DNA of 64,000 nucleotides from Ruditapes philippinarum (Eukaryota), in the NCBI RefSeq assembly GCF_026571515.1, contig NW_026864113.1, positions 1 to 64,000 on the forward strand, given 5' to 3'. Position numbers and translations under genes: made by a program. Below the pieces are notes generated by a model, which had not been told where the DNA came from, made no database searches, and saw only the letters and a list, made by a program, of their open reading frames with translations. This document shows, piece by piece, positions 11,781 to 23,760 of the stretch (within the stretch, counting starts at the first letter, position 1; the number at the start of each line of letters is the position of its first letter).

Positions 11781-14203
11781 ATTTCATCTAAATGTCAATG
11801 TTTTAATTACGATATTTTTGAATAATGCGGATTTTAATCACTTTTGTTATAAATTAAGCACATCAATATATAAGTTCACCTTTAATCATAATAAATCTTT
11901 GCAATCCCTTGTTTTCACGAGTAAAATGATATATTTAATTTTCTTCTAATTTATACGTTCATACATCACAGATCGTTATAATTATGGTTTAGATCGTGCC
12001 TAATGTTATAAATTTGATATGTTTTTATATATTATCTATATTCGTCATTAGGGAGTGACATCGCTCAGGTTAGGTTACATTTAGACCACTATGACGTCTG
12101 TGATTTCTAAATACAGATTGTTTGGATTTTTTAAAAACATTCACATTTCACTTATTTAAAGCATATTAAAATGAAAAGTCTTGAGATAATTAAAGTGACA
12201 TTAGGTCCATCCAAGGGTATATAGTGAGTGAACATGTAAATATATAACTAAGTTTTCATTTTGCAATAATTCCTTTTGATTTCATAATTGACTTTGAACA
12301 AAGAGTAAATAACGCAAGGATCCTAAAGAATTTTCTGTAAATATCCATAAGAATTTAAGTGTACCGTTCAGTTTATAAAAAGAGCGGGCAGTCTTTTTAT
12401 ATTTAAGGCAGATTTATAATTTTATCCTAAACATTTTTAAATATCACCTGTTGGTCTAATACCATTTTAATAGTCAATCTTTTGAAATATAAAGTCAATT
12501 TAGCTCAACCTGATTATGAAAATATGAGCATAATGTCACTTTATGTTAAATTTGTTTTACATGTTTTCAATTGTTTCATTGATGAATTACAATAAGCATT
12601 TTTAATCACAAATAAACGGTAAGTAGAGGATATTCTTTATTATGCTCCCGGACTAAAATAACATTGAAACAAATTATAGCTTGTTGTATAATATACTTAT
12701 AAGTAAATGCAATAGTCCTAACAGAATTAAGGTCAGATAATGTTCGGCTCGCCTTTGTTGAACCTCATCCTCATGCTATTTTTGTCAGACATCTTCTATC
12801 CAATACGTCGTCCGATAGTCTACGTATATCTTTCCTTAATTATCCAAATAAAATCAAGAGGGAGAGGGATGAAGATTCATCCAATTTCCATTTACAATAT
12901 CTTTAAAGTTTACTACAGCATCATCCTGGCGCGATCAGATACCTTCATTTTCGGATGAGATTGGTTCGGAATAAAGCACAGTCCTTGTAGACCATTATAC
13001 TTCAAAGTATTGCAGTTGATATAAATTGAATACGATACATCACTTTCCTAAAAGGGATTCCTATCTTGTCTAATGGGAATGTTCATGTAAGTTAATTTCA
13101 TTTTGATATTTCCAACTTTTAAACAAAGCAATAACTACCATGTCCCGACCGTTTGAACGTTTTGTTTGAATATTCTGTGCTTCAAAATATATGTATACAT
13201 ATATATATATATTTTCTGTGGCATTATACAGTCATATTATTTCAAAACAAATTTATATAACGGTAATAAAAATATAAATGTAGCTTCCACTACAAATGAA
13301 AACTTTAAATACAAAATGTATCGCGAAATCAACTGGTGATTAAGACTTCGTATTAAGTATGTTCCAGACACTATGATGAATTTAAATCGCTCAACACAGC
13401 AGCATGGTTTAGTCTATATACTTGTTTTTGTTTTTAAATAACTTGTAGTAGTCTATAAGAGCATCATACACACAAGCATTTGTTTAACTCCGTACTGTTG
13501 AAGTTCTATGTGCTGGAGGACGTAAATGCATATTGCTTTAAAAAGCAGAGGTATTTAATGACAACTACTGTAATGTACATGTAGTGTTGTACAATATGGC
13601 GGCTTATTGAAAAATCTATGTTCTGTGTTTTTTGACAAATCTGTTTGTGCCATACTTCATGCAATTTATGTAAGTTTAGGAAACTTTAAGGTAGAACACA
13701 ACCTTTTTTCCAACAAATTGTCCAAAGTCATGTTATGGCAATTGAAGCAGTTTGAAAGAATTTATGAATGAGATATTATGCTCCTCATGACACTTAAAAT
13801 AAATAGATAGGGAAATGTCTGGATGAAAACAAATTAATATTTAATGGAACATTTTAACGTTAAGTGATTCTCCCTGCGAGACTGGTTATTTTTGTTGTAT
13901 TATTGATACTTGTGTAGGTTTTTATTTGAGTTTTATACATGATAAATACTACACTAACTAGCTTACTGAAACGGTAAATGCTGATATCCGTTCTTAGCAC
14001 GTGCTTTTCATCCACAACAACAATTAAATATAAAAAGTCGACATAATCATTTAATAACTGTCAAGTATGCATTTCTAAAACAATGCCAGGTGTAACATTT
14101 TATAATTTTATTTAACTATTCTGTCAATGATTACATCAATCGGAATTGGAAAATAAAAGCAAAATATCTTCCTTACATCATACACTGACTGTCAAAATAA
14201 AGC

Positions 14204-14344
14204 NNNNNNNNNNNNNNNNNNNNNNNNNNNNNNNNNNNNNNNNNNNNNNNNNNNNNNNNNNNNNNNNNNNNNNNNNNNNNNNNNNNNNNNNNNNNNNNNN
14301 NNNNNNNNNNNNNNNNNNNNNNNNNNNNNNNNNNNNNNNNNNNN
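14204..14344. other. Assembly gap (141 N)
   Basis: Run of N at the position paralogous to the AT palindrome at 23,576-23,747. Confidence 0.97.
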
Positions 14345-17269
14345 TATATATATTATAATATAATTTGTAAGAACTTAACACTTAATCAACGGCACAGGAG
14401 TGTAATGAGCTCGTTTAAATAAAAAACAACAACAAAAAACAACCGATACCGGTAGAACACTAGTGTAATAACACTTTGAGTTGACGTCATTTGCGTAATA
14501 TACAAACAGCGTAAACGCGCGCCGATCATAACGTTACACTGTAGCCTAGGCAACGAAACATGACGTTTATTAACTATAAAACCTTTCCTTTTTTGATATT
14601 TCACCTTTTATGCTTGTTGCATCATAGAACACAATGAAATGTGGTTATATGCAATTCGTATATCAGGTGAAATAATTGTACTGAGTCAGCAGAAACAAAC
14701 AAGAGAGGCTAACTTCGCAACGTCAACTTACATATTTTTAACCAAACCTTCGCGTTTTTTCTACCCTAAAGGTAACATGGTAATAACACTCTGGCCAGGA
14801 CATTTTGAATGTGAAATATAAATGACTCATTGTATATTGAAAGGCATTTTCTTTTGATACCTGTTTAGTTGTATTGGTCATTTCAAATCATTTGTTATTT
14901 ATAGTACTTCTATATGAAATAAATTGCCTCAACCGTAGATCTATTTTTGACCCATGGAGCATACCTTATAGGAATGTTGTAGGGGCTTGATATATACGTA
15001 ACATTTGTATACATTCGGTATACAAGACTATGCTACCTGCCAGTGTTTATTATGAATGTGCTCTATTTTAAGCACGGTCGTTCAATGTCGCCCTATATAA
15101 TCAAAAGATTATTGCGGGTCGTTCAGCACAATAAGATTGATGAGGTATTATGCCCCCATGCCACCCTCAGGTTAGCTGCTTCTAATACTGTATAAGTGGT
15201 TAACTTTGCAACGCGGAATTATTTGCGGTTTTTGTGAATTGAAATTATTCGTAAATATTTGATCACGAAAATATTATTTCTTTTTAGGCAAGTGATATGA
15301 AAACACGTTTTCATACAGCATCTTACATGAATACGTGTGACTGTCTTGGTACTGAGATTTTTTTTCATTGCTTGCTTGTTTAAGTATGGTCTTAACTAAT
15401 CACAAATGCTTTAATGAAACAATAGAAACAATGTATGTGTTAATAACACAATAGGTGGTTCATATAACAAAAGAATGTTTCAAATTATAACAAATAAATG
15501 TGTGATCAGGTCCTTAATCAAACTAACATGACAAAATAACAATAACAAAGGTATTCAACAACTTAATAGAATAGTTACAATAACGGCACATTCTCAACTT
15601 GTACCTGCTTAATTAATGAAATCACAAAAACAGTATTTATTTCAAGAAATCATATTTTCGCAAAATTTTCCGCATGCAAAATAGCGACGCATAATTATCC
15701 ACTTATAAAGTATTCCTAAATGAATGCTGTTGAACCATCTAAGGATATGTTGTTTTTTTTGCTTTTTAAAATTGTCTTTTATTGTCTTGCCTGTAATATG
15801 TAGGTTTTGTAATCTTTGAGCCCCTTTAAAAATTTATTCCATTTTGTTTAGTTCTGCTCATTATTTTATGGTTTATTCCATATGCGTTGGAGACAAAATG
15901 TCGCTTTTCATGGAATGACATGGAAGTATGAACACATCTGCAGATGTTTTCAAATTCAAACATTTCACTACTTTCATAGTAAAGCAAGACTAAAAGTTAC
16001 ATATCATATTATCATCTCACTGTTTCCAAATTTTCACTCCTTTTCCAGGTATTTCTATTTGAAAATTGTATTATCACCTTTAAATTATGTTGCCTGCTTT
16101 TAAGATCTGTAATTTGATTATTTATTTGTGATATATATAATTCTTAACCTCTTGTTCCTTACAAAATTTTATTTATTTAGTTTCTCCCATTTTTCTTTGT
16201 TAAAGACACACGCTTTTGTTTTATTTTGGGACCATACACCAGTTTTTATTGAATGAAACTAACGTGCCACATCTCATGATGACCGCCGTATACTAAATAA
16301 ATCTAAAGTGTTTCTAGATTTGAACGTTAATCATAAACTCTGTCGATGCAAATGGGTATAAATTTCCAATATGTACGGTACATGATCAGGTTCAAAGAAA
16401 CCGAGTCTACAACTTTATCAATTTTGCTGATTAGAACATGCTTCCGTGATTATTGTTTTCCCCATTTTATAGAACATTAATTTTATAATGTATTTTTATA
16501 AACAATAAAGATAATATTCGATCTCTAAGTATAGGTGTAGGTTTTTAAAGTCGAAAATGCGTTCAATATATAGAATACAACGTATATTTTTTACATTATA
16601 ATATTAATTATTTTATTTCCTATTATGTAAACCGTATATAAAACAAATGTGTGACACAACCTGTGGGAAATAAATAACCATTGGTAGTTTGTTTGCCTTC
16701 AACAAAATAGATTAGCTTGCCTGTCGTATGATCAGGTTTATTAACGATAATTTTTTTAGAGTTGACCGGTTTATGACATTTTAAGTAACTTATTTTTCTT
16801 TCAGTATTGTTCTCTTTAGATAAGCTTAACACTTCAGTAAACAGCTTAAAAGATTCAGTGTGTGTGTTGAATCTTGTATTTTACTATTTTAGATCTCAAT
16901 ATTCCAGTACCGTCCATGAACAGGCTCAATCAAACCGACTCGGCAACTTTTTAATTTTGTTGTTTAAGGCGTTCTCTAAAAAAAAAATATTATTACGTGT
17001 ATTAGCTCGATAAAATCTATCACGAGCATGTACAAACATGACATTTAAGAATGTAATTGATAACAACACGGAGAGTGAATATGATAAAATCACAAATTTA
17101 TAACCAGTATGCTGTGAAGTGTATGACAATGCTAGATCAATGGCTTTCGCTTCAATAGTAAATGCAAAACATTATCAGGTAGTCTTTGCTAAGTCAAGAT
17201 ATTAAAAGATTTTCAAAGACGGCTGCACGTAGTAGCCAATCATCCAGTGAGCTGTAAATTTTAATAAAG

Positions 17270-18070
17270 AAATAACAAGAATAAAGATCAACAAGGCAAA
17301 GGCAACGTTCACAGGACGCCGCCCCCGGCTTACCCAAGCAGGACACCCAGAGGGCACCAAACAAGTACCTGGAGTGGAAACAAGGGCGAAAGGGGCGGGA
17401 CATGTAATGTGAAATAATATAAACAAAAACAGGCCCATAAGGGATTTAAAGGGAAAAGGGCTGTACGGGGGGAAGAGAAAATACCTACCGTCAACGACAA
17501 TCCAACGAGACAGACATCACAAAACATGTAAACATCCAAAAACAAGTAACAATACAGACAAGAAAAACACGTGAAGGAACACAAAGGTGTACCGCATTGG
17601 AACGGTCAGTGGTAGTTAAGCCACTGGGGAGTTTAAACCGGTTTTAGGCGCGCCAACCTCACTCTTAGCCCCAATATGTTCCTGAATGACACGAAATTGT
17701 ATACAAAATTTATCCCCGCCAAGTGAAATTCTAACAATGGTCATGGTTACATTAGACAAAATAAATAAAACACATACAAAATTATGTAAATCTGTAGAAA
17801 ACGTTACTGTCTAATGACCATTACCAAAGTACTCGATGCCTTAAAGGAAGGCAGAGTAACAAGAAAATCACCTACAAGGGGCCGACGAAGCAAGGCCGAA
17901 GACAAACATTAAGACAATTCAGTCCCCAAAGGGCTTTAAGAACTGTCCATCATAGAGTCTCCCACTTGGTCCGTCAGATGTAATCAAAAGAGGAAAGCGT
18001 AGCGACCAACTGTAAAAGGGTTGAACACCAAGCATGCGGTATGCCTTAAAATAATTGGGTCATAACCTCT
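17270..18070 (-). mobile_element. Second Naiad-type PLE 3' fragment (ORF end + pseudo-LTR)
   Basis: Minus strand encodes RGYDPIILRHTACLVFNPFTVGRYAFLF, followed by the same 3' UTR as 10,300-11,775. Empty site in the paralog at ~26,064 (AATAAAG|TTTTTATG). Confidence 0.82.
17908..17958 (-). promoter_or_regulatory. SECIS-like stem-loop, better-paired copy
   Basis: AUGA-U-GGACAGUUC-UU-AAA-GCCC-UUU-GGGG-ACU-GAAUUGUCU-UAAU: 9-bp helix, unpaired AAA and an apical mini-helix. The 3' GA of the core is AA. Confidence 0.45.
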
Positions 18071-20059
18071 AAGTTCATGTTTGTCTCACATTTGTTTGAA
18101 AAAAAGTCCTTTGAAAATTCCAAGAGGATTGGATGACTGTTTTAAATTGGAAAAATGATAACTTCTAGGTAAACTATTTTTTATCTTATGTGACTTCTAT
18201 ATAACTTCAATGTAGTACAAGAATTTGATCTCCGTTACGCTGTATCAAATATAACTCCCAAGAATTTTTCCTACTATTCGTTTACCATTATTTATAAAAA
18301 TAAATCATTAAAGTTTCGGGAAAAAAGAATGTAGTAACTCCTTACAATTAAATAAGTATTTTGTACCTTCTTGTGCTTATCTCGTTAATGAATTGAATAA
18401 ATATTGCTTTATTGTTTTTATTAATTTGGAAAGTGGTTATTTTGTGAGAAGTGACATAGGTTTTTTTAAATGTTTTCTTTACATTTTTACAGACAGGGGT
18501 AATGTTATGAATTTTTAAATAAAATATTCAGGCACGGTTGCGCTGTCTGTCGTTTCTATACTTTATATTTGTTCTTTTAGTAAACACTAACTTCATATAA
18601 ATGTCAATATTTTAATTACTGTAGCACATTATTTATTTTATGATTTATATGGATTGAAGTCACATTTGTTATAAATAAAACACATAAATATTTAAGTTCA
18701 CTTATAATTATAATAAATCTGCGCAATCCTTGTTTTCTCAAGTAAAATGATATATTTAATTTTCTTCTAATTTATAAGTTCATAATTTATATCACAGGTC
18801 GTTGTAATCATGGTGAAGATGGTGCCAATTGTTATAAATATGATACTTGTTTGTATAATTATGATCTATATTCTTTAGTAGGGAGTGGCATTACTACAAG
18901 TCAGTTTAAGTTCAGACGACTATGAAGTCTGTGGTTTTAATAAAAGGCAGATTGTATGGATCTTATGATATTCACATTTTACTTATTTAAAACATAAAAA
19001 AGCCTGGTGTTTTTTTTTTGTATTAAATGTGTTTTCATATGATTTCAACTGTTTTATTGAAGTATTGTAATATGTATTTTTAATCAAATATAAACGACTA
19101 GTAAATGATATTCTTGTTTATGGTCCCGGGCTAAAATAAAAATCAAACACGTTGAAACAAATTATAGCCTGTTATATAATATACTTAAGTAAATCCAATA
19201 GTCCTAACTTAATTAAGGTCAGATAATGTTCGACTCTCCTTTGTTGATCCTCGTCATCATGCTATTTTTGTAAGACATCTTATATAGAATACGTCGTCCG
19301 ATAGTCTACGTACATGTACATCCTTCCTTAATTATCCAAATAAAAGTAAAGGATATGGATGTAGATCAATCCAATTTCCATTTACAATATCTTTAAAGTC
19401 TGTTACAGCATCATCCTGGCGCGATCAGATACCTTCATCTTCGGATGAGAGTGGTTTGAAATAAAGCACAGTCCTTGTGGACCATTATACTTCAAAGTAA
19501 TGCAGTTGGAATAAATTGAATACGATACATTACTTCCCTTTTATTGATTCGTATCTTGTCTACTGGAAAAGTTCATATCAGATAATTTTATTGTGATATT
19601 TCCGACTTAAAAATAAAACAATAACTACAATGTTTCGACCGTTTGAACGTATACGATTGATCGTAGTTTGAACATTCTGTGTTTCAAAATCATGAGTTTA
19701 CATGTATATCTTTCTCGAGTACCGGTATATAGCATACACGTGACTTTTCTATGGCATTATATAGTCATATTATTTCAAAACGATTATTTGTAACGGTAAT
19801 AATAAAATGTCAATTAAGTTTCTACTACAAATGACAACTTAAAAAACGTGAAGTAAATGTCATGGATGAAAATGATGATTAAACGTTGCATTAAGTATTT
19901 TACAAAAAACACTATGATGGCATTTATTCGCGCTACATACGTTACTGTCCATTTTGACAAAATAGAGAAAAAAGAATTCCTTAAGAAAGCCCAACACGTC
20001 AAAATTGAAAATGTTGCAGACTCGGTTTGATTGAGCCTGTTCAATAATTAATTACCAGA

Positions 20060-20850
20060 ATATTCCTTGTTCAACATACCTAAAAGATTAATTTCGAGCA
20101 TTTTTGTACTGGTTATTGATGTGTAGCTTCATAAATATCTACCAAGTTGTTGATTGAGGAACAGATAGCGTAAAAATGATTCACCATGTTAAGCTCTGGC
20201 AGCAATTGTGGTTACCGAACCTGAACAATATAAATATAACAATATAAATACATATACAATGAACTACTATAGAGACGATGACGTTTCAATCTTATTCGTT
20301 TTTCAAGGCCTGGTGGCCTTATTGTTAAACGTTAAAGAACATATTCAACTATTTTTGTAGAAAATGGTATAATTATCATTGCTATACTGTTTAATAAAAA
20401 TATATTAGGAGGATTGTTCCTTGAAAAGCTTTGATATTCATGTTTATTCAGCGGACCTGAACTATTTGATCATTTTGCGTAAATGAACACTTTATTTTGT
20501 AATTTTAAGCGAGAATTGTAGACCGGAACTATTTAAGAAATTTAAGTTTAGGACTTTCTAGAAAACATTGTTGTGCAGTTTTATCAAAATCTACCAAGTG
20601 GTTGTTGAGAAAATGTCGGTAAAAGTGTTTCTTTCCATTTATAACTCTGGTGGCCATCTTGTTCAGTGGACCAGAACGTTTTGTTCATGTTTTGTAAATA
20701 GCCCCATAGGGATAATTTCTATTTAGTTTTATCATTTTGGGCCATTCAACTGAGAAGAACATGTCATTTATAGCCCTGGCAGCTATTGTGTTCAACACAT
20801 CGCAACTATTTGAAGGATCTTATATAAAGGGCCGACCAAGGTTTCTTTCT
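20060..20850 (+). repeat. Degenerate satellite-like core repeats of a bivalve MITE/Helentron-type element (copies at ~28,400-29,180 and ~36,820-38,130)
   Basis: Recurring CTCTGG(C/T)(A/G)GC.AT..TGTTCA and AA.T.TACCAAGT(G/T)GTT motifs. Confidence 0.45.
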
Positions 20851-23575
20851 TAAATCAGATTAATTATTTTCATGGCAGACAAAAGATTGATATATACACA
20901 TATATATATTCAAGATTATAAACAACAGAAGATTACAGATAAACTATAATGTTCGTAAACAATATTGCCAAGCAAAGTAACCAAATTTGGATAACTGCTG
21001 CAAAAAGATTGTTCATTTGGTTGGGCAGTGGTAGAGCCATTCAAGGTCAGATAATTAATTTCCTTGCAGCCTCAGACGAATATATTTATTTTCATATTTT
21101 TGAGGATTTATTATTTTCAAAATCTGCCAACCCGTGTCCCATTCCGATCAAAGTATCGTCCCCTGATTTGCTTAATCACTATTGGCAAGGTGGTTAAGAT
21201 GGAGATGCTGTTAAAGTCAATATGCTAACAATGGACTCGCTTAAATACATTAAATTTCATCAGTTTTCATTTCCTCTTAACAGTGTCACACAAAAATAAG
21301 AGTCTTTTGCGCATGAACCGTAACTGATACATGTATATTGACAACATCCTGCTTTCCACTTGTGACAGGAAAAAGTTAAAATTTGGAAAAAAATACAACG
21401 ACACAATAATAACATGAATGCCCGTAGAAAAATATCGTAATGATCGTGTTTCAGTTATGAATGTGTTAAGTAAATTCTTAAAAAACACACGCGGTAAGCC
21501 AATGTATTGAGAGAGCATCTGACGTCAGAAATCATAAAAATCCTTTAAATATAATTATGTAATTGTGCACTATAATAGTTATGTGATTGAAGACGTTTAT
21601 TACTTACAATTCAAAGTTATTAAACTTGTGCGTATAGGTATAACAATTTGATTGGTCATGTAAGATATAACATTTCAGACATCTTATTATATAGTTCACT
21701 TTTCTTCTTGTTAGGATATCAAAATTTTGTGTTGAAATTATGAAGGATTTTAAACCAAAACGCGCTCTGCTCTTATTTACATTACGTATAGGTGTAGATA
21801 AGGTTAAATTTAGCAAAGTTATCTTTTTAGAATGTTTTTGGTAGTTATTTCCCTTAAAGGCCAAACCAAATCTTTTGTGGTGTTATGTGTTCATGTTTTG
21901 TCTTTTGTCCCTTTGTTATAGGTGATTGAACTGTTTTTGCAAGTTGAGTGATGGATGATTGATTTTGGTATGCAAGTTATTTTTTAGATGATTTGGTTCT
22001 GAAATCTAATATCTCTTAATAACTGACCACTCCTTGTCTCGCTTTCGAAGTGTAAAGAACTATAAAACTAGTAAATTTTCAGTAATTTCTCTATACAAAT
22101 ATTTGCTTTTTAGTTATATTAATTATTAAATTAGAATCTCTTCTGTCAAAGCCTGGTACATTGTATGTATATTTGTATATATTTATTTATTTGTTTAAGT
22201 GTTTGTATTGTAATTTGAATTGTTGTGTAATATTTTGTATTATGCATTTTGTGAAATGTATTTGTCTTGTAAAATATTTTTTGTAATGTGATGTCTTATT
22301 GTTGTTTTATTTTATTAAAGGTTTTATTCTTGATAGAATAAATCTATAAACATCACCAAGTGTTTATCTTATAAACCCCACCACTACATAAATTAAATAC
22401 AAACAACACTTATAAAATTGACGAAAGCATGCTGCTATGGCAGAGGATTGAAAAAAAATTGTAACAATGAAGGAAACGGAACACTTTAATATTTTCGCAA
22501 CCCTCATAGGATCTGGTTGTACAGTTTTATATAATGTGATTATATAGCCTTAAATATAACTATCGAACTTGGGTAAAATAGATACTAAAATAATTTCAAA
22601 GATATGTGTTTGCATTATATTAACACACATGTTTAAAATGAAATAAATAGATGTGTGGGCACGTTATCAGCATGTTAGGATAATCTCGTGTCATTTATTT
22701 GAACTAATTACAGGCCAATTAGCATAAAGATGGCTACGAATTTAAACATTTCATAAAACCTGTAGACTGTTTGACTCCCATTCCAATATGTAATAAAATT
22801 AAATAGCAACCCCCAAGTAAGAAGGCTTTTAGCAAAGTTATTTGAACATTGTTTACGTTTATTTTACTGTTTCTGTAACTGATGATTCGCTATATTCGCG
22901 CATTTCATATGATGTTCGTAAACACCTTACTTAATACCGTGAATGCATGTCTGTACAAAAAATAATTGCTTCACTGCATGGAAGAAAACTGCTGAAATTT
23001 GTTCTTCGGTATTTTGCATTATGAAAAGTCATACATATTGCATGAGCATTGTTTCATTTATATTTTATTTGTGAAAAATACGCAGATGTAATTGATGTCT
23101 TCATCAACTATAACAATAAAATATTATTATAAAAATATTATTCTAAAATCTGCGAAGAAAAGTGGTATTTAATTCACACCATGATTGTGTAATAAATTAC
23201 ATGGTATCGCTATAAAAGTGTTCCATTTAATGGAACATTTTTACGTTAAGTGATTCTCTCTGCGTGACTCGTTATTTTTGTTGTATTATTGATACTTGTG
23301 TCGGTTATTTTTTGAGTTTTTTAACACTAACTAGCTTATTGAAACGATAAATGCTGATATCCGTTCTTAGCACGTGCTTTTCATCCACAACAACAATTAA
23401 ATATAAAAAGGCGACATAATCATTTAATCACTGTCAAGTATGCAATTTCTATACCAATGCCAGGTGTTACATTTCATAGTTTTATTTAACTATTCTATCA
23501 ATGATTACAGAATTGGAAAATAAAAGCAAAATATTTTCCTTACATCATACACCGACTGTCAAAATACAGCAATTT

Positions 23576-23659
23576 AATCAAACACAATATGATGATGATA
23601 ATAATAATGAAAATAATAAAAAGAATAATAAAAATAAAAAAAAATAATACTTATTATTA

Positions 23660-23709
<50 letters not shown>

Positions 23710-23760
23710 GTTATTATTATCATCATTATTATTATGAAATAATATAAATATAATTATAAT
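23576..23760. repeat. AT-rich quasi-palindrome: (AAT)n-like tract followed by (ATT)n
   Basis: Directly visible. Centre at ~23,650 (AATAATAC|TTATTATT). Confidence 0.85.

Noticed and set aside
21850-22345. Possible L1/Tx1 3' end (TG-rich tail ending in AATAAA)
   Set aside because: Too degraded to support with motifs, so not listed as a feature.
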